A stretch of 33,460 bases of DNA from a virus (IMGVR_UViG_3300027852_000034:1-33460), one strand, 5' to 3'. Numbered from the stretch's first letter, positions 17,673 through 25,841 are shown. Made by a program: numbers and translations. Notes: generated from the letters alone by a model not told the origin.

Positions 17673-18163
17673 TCCTCCGTAAACCTACTGGCATTTAAAA
17701 TCATAGGCATCAAATTATTTTGTAGATAACCAGGAAACTTCTTATCAATAATACCTGGTAAGTAAGAAAAATTATTTAGAACCGTTTGCGGAGATAAAGG
17801 AATAGGACCTTCTTCGACCCATTCAACAACTACATCTATGGCTAAAGCATAAACTCTACGTTTATCTATACGACTTAAATCACCAAAGGCCTGTTCAATC
17901 CAGTCGTTCACCAAATACACAACTTCCTGTAATCGTGCGTACTTCTTTTTATCTTTTGCATAAAATTCTAAAGGTTGGATTTTGGAGTGCAATTTAAATT
18001 CTAGTACTTCTGATAAAGTACCATAGAAAAGCTGTTCTTCTGTAGCAATATGTTCTTGACCTTTTTGAATACGATTCTTAAAAGCCATGTGTTCTATCTG
18101 CCTGAGATCATCTACAGATAAAGATGGTAACCACTGTTTAATTTGGGCTACTTTATCAGTCAT
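17669..18163 (-). CDS. hypothetical protein, 164 aa
   Basis: ATGA-coupled ORF. Confidence 0.75.
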   Translation of the reverse strand: MTDKVAQIKQWLPSLSVDDLRQIEHMAFKNRIQKGQEHIATEEQLFYGTLSEVLEFKLHSKIQPLEFYAKDKKKYARLQEVVYLVNDWIEQAFGDLSRIDKRRVYALAIDVVVEWVEEGPIPLSPQTVLNNFSYLPGIIDKKFPGYLQNNLMPMILNASRFTED

Positions 18164-18312
18164 TCAAAATCCAACTCATCTAAACTTTCCTCCTCTTCTC
18201 TACTTCCTAAAACCTCAAGTTCAGCACATGCAACACACATCAAATCATCTTGAAATCTGACCATATCAGTATCATTCACCTCTTGATCACAATACGGACA
18301 AAAAATTCTCAT
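18160..18312 (-). CDS. 50-aa Zn-finger protein with acidic tail
   Basis: MRIFCPYCDQEV..MCVACAELE..EEEESLDELDFE; not in the ORF track. Confidence 0.65.
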   Translation of the reverse strand: MRIFCPYCDQEVNDTDMVRFQDDLMCVACAELEVLGSREEEESLDELDFE

Positions 18313-18333
18313 TTCCTTTACCTCAACATTAAC

Positions 18334-18582
18334 CTAAATGTGCTTGTCACCTTTCTTATCACGAATACGCACAACTTCTATATGGTCACACCGAACACAT
18401 TCAAACACGCCTGCACTTCCTTGTCTTTCAACAAAATGAAATTTATGACCACGTACTTCACCTGTTCTAACAGGATGTGATTCTTTGCACTTATTATGAT
18501 TGCGGATCTTATTTTGAAAGTAATTTTCTTTGTGCCGAGCAACTTTGGTACGGCAAGGCTTTGTAGCAAGCTTCTTTTTCAT
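18334..18582 (-). CDS. basic hypothetical protein (CVRC)
   Basis: GGAG RBS. Confidence 0.65.
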   Translation of the reverse strand: MKKKLATKPCRTKVARHKENYFQNKIRNHNKCKESHPVRTGEVRGHKFHFVERQGSAGVFECVRCDHIEVVRIRDKKGDKHI

Positions 18583-18606
18583 TGTATTCTCCAGTACTAA
18601 AAATCA

Positions 18607-18638
18607 TGCCTAACTTTTAAACATATACCTGTTAGGCA
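18607..18638. promoter_or_regulatory. 8-bp inverted repeat (operator or hairpin) just downstream of the HTH gene
   Basis: TGCCTAAC-N16-GTTAGGCA. Confidence 0.4.
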
Positions 18639-18649
18639 AGGTAGTTATT

Positions 18650-18979
18650 TTAATGCTCTATGTAATCGTCGTGATAGATAACGATGCCGTGAGATTCAGC
18701 CCACTGGAGAATTAAACCTTCATCGTAACGTACCGGAGGCTTCTGACCACCGCCTAAATGATAGTAAGGTAAGTCTCTACCCTGTCGCCAGTTGTACACT
18801 GTCATAGGGGTAACATCAAACATGTAACTAACCTGATTAGTTGTCAGTTCCACGCTATTCTTACGCTTCTTATCTTTCTTGTAAAACTTTCCAGCTGTAG
18901 TGGACTGTAGTTGAGCCCTGCGTCCTTTTACAGCCTGATTTACCTTGTTTAAAGAGACTCGCTCTCTTACTAATCCCAT
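18650..18979 (-). CDS. MerR/Xis-like winged helix-turn-helix DNA-binding protein
   Basis: LTTNQVSYMFDVTPMTVYNWRQGRDLPYY..PVRYDE..LQW matches the excisionase/HTH_17 pattern. Confidence 0.8.
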   Translation of the reverse strand: MGLVRERVSLNKVNQAVKGRRAQLQSTTAGKFYKKDKKRKNSVELTTNQVSYMFDVTPMTVYNWRQGRDLPYYHLGGGQKPPVRYDEGLILQWAESHGIVIYHDDYIEH

Positions 18980-19030
18980 TTTAAACTCCTTTCTTTAAAG
19001 ACTTAAATACACATAAATTTTGATGTATTA

Positions 19031-19061
19031 TTGCTATACATTATAGCAAATATATAACAAA
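19031..19061 (-). promoter_or_regulatory. sigma70-type extended -10 promoter overlapped by a dyad
   Basis: Minus strand TTTGTTATATATTTGCTATAAT (TGn-TATAAT); palindrome TTGCTATA-CAT-TATAGCAA at 19031-19049. Confidence 0.55.
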
Positions 19062-19096
19062 TAATAAAATTTTTTCCTGCTGTTAATACCATGCAT

Positions 19097-19822
19097 TTAC
19101 TCTACATTTACGATTTTATGGAGCTGTAAACACAGACGATAACCGAACTTCTGAGACACCTCTACCACTGCTTCAATGTTCTTTTTATTTTTCTCTACAT
19201 CATGTGCATCACACGGCATAACATATACCTCAGCACCTATTACAGGTCTTGCTACCTTTGCCACTAAATCTTGATCAGAAGAAAAATAAGGAAGTCCATC
19301 AGCACTGCAAATAAAGCCTTCTTGCAGTACATACTTATAGGCATTGATATATGGAATAATTCTTTTATTCAAATGTTTGGTTTTAGGACTACATACAATG
19401 GTAACAGCAGAACCGTAAAATCTAACGTTCAGACGATTTTCTAATTCGATAGGAAACACTGTTCCTGCTGTCTCTATCTGTACCCTGTAACCCTCATCAA
19501 CAAGCCCTTTCACTAACCTTGCAATGTCAGCTTGCAATAAAGGTTCACCGCCCGTAATGACTACTAGAGGGGAAACACAAGTTTGGTGTGCAATAGAAGA
19601 TTTCTTTACTTCCCCTAATAACTCTTCAAGATCATAAGGAACTCCTGAACTAAACTCAGTATCACAAAAAGAACATTGTAAGTTACATCCTTGCAAACGA
19701 ATGAATAACGCTGGAACACCTGCAAAAGGTCCTTCCCCTTGAATAGTGTAGAATATCGAGTTTACATTTAAATACCCAACATACACTTTTGTAGGTTTTG
19801 TTATTTCATTTTTACCAAACAT
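19097..19822 (-). CDS. queE: 7-carboxy-7-deazaguanine synthase (radical SAM)
   Basis: IFYTIQGEG, FIRLQGCNLQCSFCDT (CxxxCxxC), ITGGEPLLQ, SPK, LQLHK. Confidence 0.92.
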   Translation of the reverse strand: MFGKNEITKPTKVYVGYLNVNSIFYTIQGEGPFAGVPALFIRLQGCNLQCSFCDTEFSSGVPYDLEELLGEVKKSSIAHQTCVSPLVVITGGEPLLQADIARLVKGLVDEGYRVQIETAGTVFPIELENRLNVRFYGSAVTIVCSPKTKHLNKRIIPYINAYKYVLQEGFICSADGLPYFSSDQDLVAKVARPVIGAEVYVMPCDAHDVEKNKKNIEAVVEVSQKFGYRLCLQLHKIVNVE

Positions 19823-20424
19823 TAAGGAGCCTCAAATACAGCAGATGTTTTAGGAGTTTCATTGAATTCTACAGATTTTATCCAACCTGAAAATTTACCG
19901 TTCATTCTAACTTCTATCACAGTGTAAAGGAAAGCGGCGATGTTTTCTGAAGTAGGAATAAAATTGACTAACACCATACCTTCTAGGATTTCTTTTTCTA
20001 ATGGTGTTTTGTTTAGGTCTAAACTATGCTGCGGGAAGTATTTGAGAGTGTAAGTATCGAGATTACTACCGTGAATAGGTAGGGGTTCAAAGTATGCAGT
20101 TGCCCAGGGTGATAGTGTATTTGTTTGATCAGGCCAAACACTGTAACCCATTAAAAAATTAGGTAAGAAAGGATCGTTTTCATCAAAGATCATTTTGTGA
20201 TCTAAGTAGTCATCTAAGAATTCTTTAAACCATGCAAGGTGATGAAAGTCTGTCACCATACCATCTTTTAGTTTGTGGGTCATTAACTTGACAGTTACTT
20301 TACCTTGGTGACCATGTAGATGGCGACATTTACAAGGTGCGTTACAAGAGAGCGCAGGATCTAAGGTCTGTGACCAAACTCTGTGTCCGTAACAGAAATC
20401 AAAACTTTTGGTTATACTATGCAT
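19822..20424 (-). CDS. queD: 6-carboxy-5,6,7,8-tetrahydropterin synthase, long form with insertion
   Basis: F-D-F-CYGHR, CRHLHGH, GMVTDF, LDHK, PTSENIA, ETPKTSA. Confidence 0.9.
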   Translation of the reverse strand: MHSITKSFDFCYGHRVWSQTLDPALSCNAPCKCRHLHGHQGKVTVKLMTHKLKDGMVTDFHHLAWFKEFLDDYLDHKMIFDENDPFLPNFLMGYSVWPDQTNTLSPWATAYFEPLPIHGSNLDTYTLKYFPQHSLDLNKTPLEKEILEGMVLVNFIPTSENIAAFLYTVIEVRMNGKFSGWIKSVEFNETPKTSAVFEAP

Positions 20425-20675
20425 TACTTAAAGTTCTCCATGTCTTGTAGATGTGCTTGGTTACGTCTTATTGATAAATCGGCTAAATATCTATCTTTTT
20501 CACAGTTGCACATATGCTTCATTATGCTCTTATCCATATTTAAGCTAGGATGAAATTCATTTTTCTTGGTGTGCAATTCATGACATATTTGCCTATGCCA
20601 CCATAGTCTAATCTTTACCCACATTGGTGTTCGTTTATTCCAAATACTCATGTAGTGATTACCTTTCTCATTCAC
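20424..20675 (-). CDS. hypothetical protein
   Basis: TAATG-coupled to queD. Confidence 0.6.
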   Translation of the reverse strand: MNEKGNHYMSIWNKRTPMWVKIRLWWHRQICHELHTKKNEFHPSLNMDKSIMKHMCNCEKDRYLADLSIRRNQAHLQDMENFK

Positions 20676-20883
20676 TATTTAACTTGTCAAGAGCGTTTAA
20701 AGTCGAGGCTAGAATAAAATCAAGTACCACATCAGGTATATCTGACGTATTCGTGCGAAGATGCCGATACGAATATCTAATCCACTTTCGAGCCTCTATA
20801 TTTGTTACACCGGGCAATGAAGCAGTTGATTTATTCATCTTTGGCTCTGGTAATCCATCTCTTTGATATAAATCAGTCATCAT
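20668..20883 (-). CDS. hypothetical protein
   Basis: Coupled ORF. Confidence 0.65.
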   Translation of the reverse strand: MMTDLYQRDGLPEPKMNKSTASLPGVTNIEARKWIRYSYRHLRTNTSDIPDVVLDFILASTLNALDKLNSE

Positions 20884-20896
20884 TTATTCCAAATTC

Positions 20897-21154
20897 TCAT
20901 GTAGTAATTTTTCTCTGTTTAATCTTTTTAGGTTTTAATTGCCTACGTTTTTTCAGTTTCTTTACATGATCTTCTATAGATTGCGAAGAACAACATGCTT
21001 TTAAAATTTTACGCTTAGTAGCTGTACCGTCGGTTCGTTTATATTCTATTAACCAACGGCTTCTAAAATCTTCAAGCACTAAACCCTCAAAGGGAGGATC
21101 AGGCTCGTTGAAGTCTTTGAACTTCTGGTATACTAATATCTTTTTGTTTATCAT
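20897..21154 (-). CDS. basic hypothetical protein
   Basis: AAGG RBS. Confidence 0.6.
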   Translation of the reverse strand: MINKKILVYQKFKDFNEPDPPFEGLVLEDFRSRWLIEYKRTDGTATKRKILKACCSSQSIEDHVKKLKKRRQLKPKKIKQRKITT

Positions 21155-21473
21155 GGCGCCTTATAATAATGGGAGTGTGAGATTGTATACGGAGTTTTGC
21201 AGACTTGCTTTTTGAGGCGTGATGTTGCTGTATGTCGATAATCCAATTACCAGGTATTCCTTTTCCTTTTACTATTTGCCCGACTGCGAACATCCAACAG
21301 CTTTCATTTCTTAGTACCCAAATCTTTACCTGCGTCCCCAAGTAATATGTATCTACATGACCTTCTTTAGCACTATCTGGAATAGTCAGTTCTGTAAAGG
21401 TTTGGTAGTTAGGTGTAGTTATCTCTAACTCTACAGCATTGTTGGATTTACCATAAAAGCAGTATGTATACAT
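21099..21473 (-). CDS. hypothetical protein, first gene of the leftward operon
   Basis: ATG 14 nt after a TATAAT element; 56-nt overlap with the next gene. Confidence 0.55.
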   Translation of the reverse strand: MYTYCFYGKSNNAVELEITTPNYQTFTELTIPDSAKEGHVDTYYLGTQVKIWVLRNESCWMFAVGQIVKGKGIPGNWIIDIQQHHASKSKSAKLRIQSHTPIIIRRHDKQKDISIPEVQRLQRA

Positions 21474-21486
21474 ATCTCTTACATTT

Positions 21487-21497
21487 AATTATACCTG
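21487..21497 (-). promoter_or_regulatory. leftward -10 element CAGGTATAATT
   Basis: Identical 11-mer to the rightward copy at 21735-21745. Confidence 0.55.
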
Positions 21498-21558
21498 AAG
21501 TATATAAAAGATATAACACGCGCCTGCAAATTACAAGAGCAAAGATTAGTTAGGAAGG

Positions 21559-21590
21559 AAAAAAAGGCCCCGTCTGGAGTAGTGGGGCCT
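21559..21590 (-). terminator. intrinsic terminator
   Basis: AGGCCCC-N12-GGGGCCT followed by a T run on the minus strand. Confidence 0.65.
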
Positions 21591-21734
21591 AATGGGTTCA
21601 AGCACTGGAGAATCAACACTAAATTCAAACAATACTATTTAATGCAGCTTCAGTATAAAATAAATCATATGAGCATTGCAAGCAATAAATATAGGAACTC
21701 CTATTTTTGTACATGTGCAAAGATTATAAAAGTA

Positions 21735-21745
21735 CAGGTATAATT
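21735..21745 (+). promoter_or_regulatory. rightward -10 element CAGGTATAATT
   Basis: Upstream of the plus-strand island; twin of 21487-21497. Confidence 0.55.
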
Positions 21746-21781
21746 TATACAACTTATAAAGAAAGCGATAGGTCTTGTAAC

Positions 21782-22072
21782 ATGGCTGAGTTAAAATTAC
21801 CTGTAAATTATAATAATCTGAAATCTGCTGAACGGGCAAGAGTACGAGAAAAATATATAAAGCGGCAAAATGGCTGCTGCTGGTATTGCAAGGAACCTTT
21901 GACAGGTCCACCTGCTGAAGATGTAAGAAGATTAAATGTAACAAGGTATTTATTTCCTCCTGGTTTTTTTAGATGGCCAATACATCTACATCATGATCAC
22001 AATACTGGTATGACCATAGGTGCAGTACATGCTTACTGCAATGCTGTACTGTGGCAATACCATAATGAATAA
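21782..22072 (+). CDS. endonuclease VII-like (His-Me finger) protein
   Basis: CWYC..HLHHDHNTG..GAVHAYCN; start re-set to ATG 21782. Confidence 0.75.
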   Translation: MAELKLPVNYNNLKSAERARVREKYIKRQNGCCWYCKEPLTGPPAEDVRRLNVTRYLFPPGFFRWPIHLHHDHNTGMTIGAVHAYCNAVLWQYHNE

Positions 22073-22090
22073 TTTATACGGAGTTGAAAC

Positions 22091-22276
22091 ATGATAATCA
22101 ATTATTGGGATTGTGAATATCATGATTACGATGAGATCTGGGATGGTGAAGAAGAACTTCGTATCTATGGTTGTACCCATCCTTGTAATAAAGATCGTTA
22201 TTGTTACCTTGATAACAAATGGGGTAATGATACTGAACAATGTGGTTTATTAGATTTGGATGTTAAAAGTGATTAA
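22091..22276 (+). CDS. small Cys-rich acidic protein
   Basis: C..C.H.C..C..C; GGAG RBS. Confidence 0.6.
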   Translation: MIINYWDCEYHDYDEIWDGEEELRIYGCTHPCNKDRYCYLDNKWGNDTEQCGLLDLDVKSD

Positions 22277-22499
22277 GTATAAGATTATTATTATTTTATT
22301 GTGTTTACCTATTTTCGCTTGTGGTAAACCTGGGGAAAGTGGGTACGGTTGGAAAACAATAAAATGTTATAACGAAGGTGTCCTTGTGCATAAAGACAAA
22401 TGGAATCATTGTCCTCAGTTTGCTGGACAAGGTTATTCAGAACTTGTATCTGGAAAGATCATTAAAGCTGTATGCAGATGCACAACTGGAGATTTTTAG
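22260..22499 (+). CDS. putative lipoprotein
   Basis: Hydrophobic N-terminus with IFAC lipobox. Confidence 0.6.
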   Translation: MLKVIKYKIIIILLCLPIFACGKPGESGYGWKTIKCYNEGVLVHKDKWNHCPQFAGQGYSELVSGKIIKAVCRCTTGDF

Positions 22500-22509
22500 G
22501 AGGATAGGT

Positions 22510-22761
22510 ATGGGATATTTTACTAAACGTTCAGTAGATAAATACAAAGGGCAAATTGATAAAAAAGGTGTCCATATAAAATGTGGTACTGTTATGCGAT
22601 TTGTAGGGACTGGACGTTCGATATGGAACCCAATGTTCACTTGTGCCGGATCAGGTGAAGTACGCCAAGTTGCAGAACTTTATTGTCCTAAATGTGATGG
22701 CGATAAAGAACCACCAACTTATGGTTCACCAATTTATGAAAATGAAGTTGTAGAATTATAA
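22510..22761 (+). CDS. hypothetical protein (CPKC)
   Basis: GGAGG RBS, ATG 22510. Confidence 0.65.
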   Translation: MGYFTKRSVDKYKGQIDKKGVHIKCGTVMRFVGTGRSIWNPMFTCAGSGEVRQVAELYCPKCDGDKEPPTYGSPIYENEVVEL

Positions 22762-23012
22762 TGGAAGATGAAGAACTGATTGATGTCCTTGCTCTTGCAT
22801 TAGAAGATTGTGTTGTGGAGATGCATGAGTTACAGAAACAGATTCTGATCTTAAGACAATCAGTGTTTAAAGAGATCAAGTATCAGGAAGAGAACTATTC
22901 TGAACCTGCTGCTCCGTGGTTAACACATGCATTAGATCGAACTCACAAATACAAAGAATTTCCGTGGTGGAAGTACCATGTATATTCTAAACATTTACTA
23001 GAACTAAAATAG
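22761..23012 (+). CDS. hypothetical protein
   Basis: TAATG coupling. Confidence 0.65.
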   Translation: MEDEELIDVLALALEDCVVEMHELQKQILILRQSVFKEIKYQEENYSEPAAPWLTHALDRTHKYKEFPWWKYHVYSKHLLELK

Positions 23013-23024
23013 GGGTAATAGATT

Positions 23025-23327
23025 ATGGAAGAGATGATTCAGGCTATACAAGATATTAAGGCTGATTATACTAGATTGTTCGAAGAGAACGAAATGTCTA
23101 AGATCAAGCTAAGAGATTTAGAAACAGCGAATATCTTTCTACAGGGGTTGATAGATGCTGAAAAGGTTAAAGCAGATCGAAGTGTAGAACTAGAAGCTGA
23201 GATCAAAAGATTGAATACAGAGATTGTTTTTCTACGAGTAGATGTAAGTGCAGAGAATGATAGATTGAAAAAGAAGATCTCTGAATTAAGAGTTACTATA
23301 GATCAGTTAAATCCTCTAGAATCATAG
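23025..23327 (+). CDS. coiled-coil protein
   Basis: Heptad pattern throughout; GGGG RBS. Confidence 0.7.
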   Translation: MEEMIQAIQDIKADYTRLFEENEMSKIKLRDLETANIFLQGLIDAEKVKADRSVELEAEIKRLNTEIVFLRVDVSAENDRLKKKISELRVTIDQLNPLES

Positions 23328-23383
23328 ATTTCAAAATCATACGAAATTTATCTGGAAAAAATTTTACAATCTTCATATTCCCA

Positions 23384-23677
23384 GATCCCTGTAGAGGCTG
23401 GCAACCTTATATAGATCGAACACAGATCAAAGGCACACCCATCCATGCATCATGGTACGACCGGTACACCTCTATTTTAGATCATCTTCAGATCATCAGA
23501 TATAATACAGATCATACTTAGATCATTAATAGGTATAACACAGGTATGATTCGCAGATCTTCTTAGATGTAGATATACAAGTGTAGTAAGGTTCAAAGTT
23601 TGAAAGGTTGTGTCCATACCTATGGATATACCTATGGATGCCTATACCTTGTGAACATCAGTAGATCAGGATAGATC
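23384..23677. repeat. non-coding YAGATC-rich tract
   Basis: 10 GATC sites, all in a YAGATC context, several 10-11 bp apart. Confidence 0.7.
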
Positions 23678-23864
23678 AATAGGTATGTGGGTAAAAGGTG
23701 TGTAGGTATGCGGTATGTGGCTGGGAGGGGATAGGTATATGGTAATCTGGATACCAGATGCGGGTATGCGAGTATAGAGTTTGTAAATATAGATCTGATT
23801 ATTAGGTATATAGTAAGAGTAGGGTACGCAATATGTATAATATATAAGTCCCAGTTGAGGGCCA

Positions 23865-24120
23865 TTTGCTAGATGTCGAGCATTTGAGTATGCTCCCTCG
23901 TAAAAAAAGTGCGCCGTGAATTAGAATATACTAATATACTATATTAGAAGATACTATTATAGATATTATTTATTGACAATTTTGGTCACTTTCTGACAAT
24001 TTTTGGTATCGGTAACTAATTGATTTTATTGAAGTTTTTTAGAATGTGACAATTTTGGTCACATTTTGGTGTTTTGCTAGATGTCAAGCACTTTTAACTC
24101 GTTGATTTTATTGACAATTT
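23865..24120. promoter_or_regulatory. cluster of protein-binding sites: two TGCTAGATGTCRAGCA dyads, TGACAATTTTGGTCA dyads, two IHF consensus sites
   Basis: Dyad A at 23867-23882 and 24075-24090; dyad B at 23974-23988 and 24046-24062 with partial copies at 23994 and 24112; WATCAANNNNTTR at 24013-24025 and 24095-24107 (minus strand). Confidence 0.7.
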
Positions 24121-24124
24121 TTTT

Positions 24125-24140
24125 TGGCACGGAATCTGCT
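24125..24140 (+). promoter_or_regulatory. sigma54 (RpoN)-like -24/-12 promoter
   Basis: TGGCACG-GAAT-CTGCT versus consensus TGGCACG-N4-TTGCW, with GG/GC spacing intact. Confidence 0.55.
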
Positions 24141-24221
24141 ACTATATAGATAGGCAAAGGAAATGCCGCCACTCAATAATGGACTGCTAATATAACGACA
24201 CACTAATATAAGGAAACACTA

Positions 24222-24722
24222 ATGAACACCGATCTCAAAATCAGACTAGCAAACATCAATTTATACGCCGATAAGATTGGCTATGCTGGTGTCAAAAAGT
24301 GGCCTAATGGCATGATGTCTACTGCTTCATTACTTGGTAGCGCACTCAAGCGGCCAGCCCATGTTAATGCTGAAAATGCCAAGAATATTCTTGACATCTT
24401 GAAAAGTGGCATATCCATCCCTGAACCAATGGCACAACAGATAAAAAAGGTTTTCAATTGTGCCGTTACTGATTGGAATACTGCCGCTATCTTAGCATTC
24501 CGGCATCCCAGAAAAATCAGTCAAACCCTGCCAAGGGTAGGAAAGGCGGCAACTGCTCTATATGCAGAACTTGCACACCATGTAGACATGACACACCATA
24601 GAACAGCCAAGACAGAACTTGAGCGCCCTGTTCACTTTGCCGACTTGCTTGCCAAGCGTTTGGAGCGTGACAAGAAACCAGCTCCAACAACCAAGAAACG
24701 GCCAGCTAAGAAAACAGCATAA
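24222..24722 (+). CDS. 166-aa basic protein, paralog of 25877..26410, K/P/A-rich tail
   Basis: Shared blocks LKIRLAN, WPNG, LLGSALKRPAH, LAFRHPRKISQTLPRVGK; AAGGA RBS. Confidence 0.85.
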   Translation: MNTDLKIRLANINLYADKIGYAGVKKWPNGMMSTASLLGSALKRPAHVNAENAKNILDILKSGISIPEPMAQQIKKVFNCAVTDWNTAAILAFRHPRKISQTLPRVGKAATALYAELAHHVDMTHHRTAKTELERPVHFADLLAKRLERDKKPAPTTKKRPAKKTA

Positions 24723-24735
24723 CCCACAACCACAC

Positions 24736-24753
24736 TGACACAGGGACGTGTCA
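24736..24753 (+). promoter_or_regulatory. CsrA/RsmA-type ANGGAN hexaloop hairpin
   Basis: TGACAC-AGGGAC-GTGTCA. Confidence 0.5.
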
Positions 24754-24772
24754 CCACACAGGACAAGCCAAC

Positions 24773-25000
24773 ATGAAAAACTTACTCACCAGCAACAAAC
24801 CATCCATTGACGTATTAGTTCAATATGTAGATAGAGATTTTAAAGGCCAGCAAGTTATGTTTCTTTCTAATCAAGTGGATTCTATCCGCAATGCATACCA
24901 TGAACTCAAGCGAGAATTAGCAGAACAAGGTGGATTTATCACCCGTTCAGAACTCCGCTATAATGGTAAACTTTACTATGTTGGAATCATCGGCCACTAG
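24773..25000 (+). CDS. hypothetical protein, 75 aa
   Basis: CAGGA RBS; followed by a terminator. Confidence 0.7.
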   Translation: MKNLLTSNKPSIDVLVQYVDRDFKGQQVMFLSNQVDSIRNAYHELKRELAEQGGFITRSELRYNGKLYYVGIIGH

Positions 25001-25021
25001 TCACCACATAAGCCACTATAT

Positions 25022-25049
25022 AGCCCATGCCACTTGGTATGGGTTTTTT
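25022..25049 (+). terminator. intrinsic terminator
   Basis: AGCCCATGCC-ACTT-GGTATGGGTT-TTTT. Confidence 0.75.
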
Positions 25050-25051
25050 AT

Positions 25052-25067
25052 TGCTTGATGTCTAGCA
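25052..25067. promoter_or_regulatory. third copy of dyad A
   Basis: TGCTTGATGTCTAGCA, immediately after the terminator. Confidence 0.55.
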
Positions 25068-25280
25068 CTGTGTCATGTGCTGTATATATCTTATATAACA
25101 CTGTGTAGTGCTGTGTAAGCTGCGCTCTATCACTGTGCTATGTACTAGTATCACTACACTATGATCTAAGCACACAACGCACTACAACACGTCTGGTCTG
25201 CTTAGTCTCTGCTGTATGCTGTGTACTGTGTGCTCTCTGCTATGTGCTGCATACCCTGCTCTGTGCTGCTCTCTGCTGTG
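25066..25280. repeat. polar CTG/GCTG-rich low-complexity tract
   Basis: About 19 CTG and no CAG on the plus strand by manual count. Confidence 0.6.
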
Positions 25281-25611
25281 TACTCTCATGCTATAACGCT
25301 ATATAGCAACCCCGTATATACGCCCCTTATATAGACCCTTATATAGACCCTGCTCTGTGGCAGTTACTACAGTAACCCGTATTCCTTACAAATCGAAATA
25401 GAGTCCCCTTGATCTCAGTTACCCTTATATATGGACCCTTTAAAATCTACCTTGGATAGGAGTTACTATTAAGACCTTGATTCCTTACAGATCAAATAAC
25501 CCATATCCAAGATCAGAAAGCGCCTCCTCCGGAGTCTGAAACCTGAGGAGTTACCTGTCAAGCCAAGATCCCATACAGATTGGATTTAACCTTACCTAAT
25601 CCATGGATCCC

Positions 25612-25798
25612 TGATCTAGGTCACGTAACCTTGGATATCCATGGCTAGATTGGAATACAATGATCTAGGTCATAGGAATCGTGGTTATCGGGAATTAGAT
25701 CGAGATGCAATGATCTGCCTCATAAAAACCTAAATATAAGGTTTAGATTAGGATGCAATGATCTAGGTCATTAGATTAGTTATTATCCATGATTAGAT
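25612..25798. repeat. four ~49-bp degenerate tandem units, each starting with the near-dyad TGATCTAGGTCA
   Basis: Unit starts 25612, 25661, 25711, 25759 (49/50/48 bp); shared TAGAT-N4-ATRCAA-TGATCT. Confidence 0.75.
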
Positions 25799-25841
25799 TC
25801 CTCCCTTTTAGTTTCCATGGATATACAGAGCCCTTAAAGAA

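Noticed and set aside
18650-18979. Prophage excision module (Xis) or att site
   Set aside because: No integrase or att core is in the window; Xis-like HTH proteins are common stand-alone regulators.
24111-24145. sigma70 promoter TTGACA...TACTAT for the 166-aa gene
   Set aside because: The spacer is 23 bp, far from 16-18.
25612-25798. CRISPR mini-array
   Set aside because: The repeats are degenerate, the variable segments share internal motifs (TAT, CCATG) and are short (21-23 nt), and there are no cas genes or leader. It is better described as a degenerate tandem repeat.
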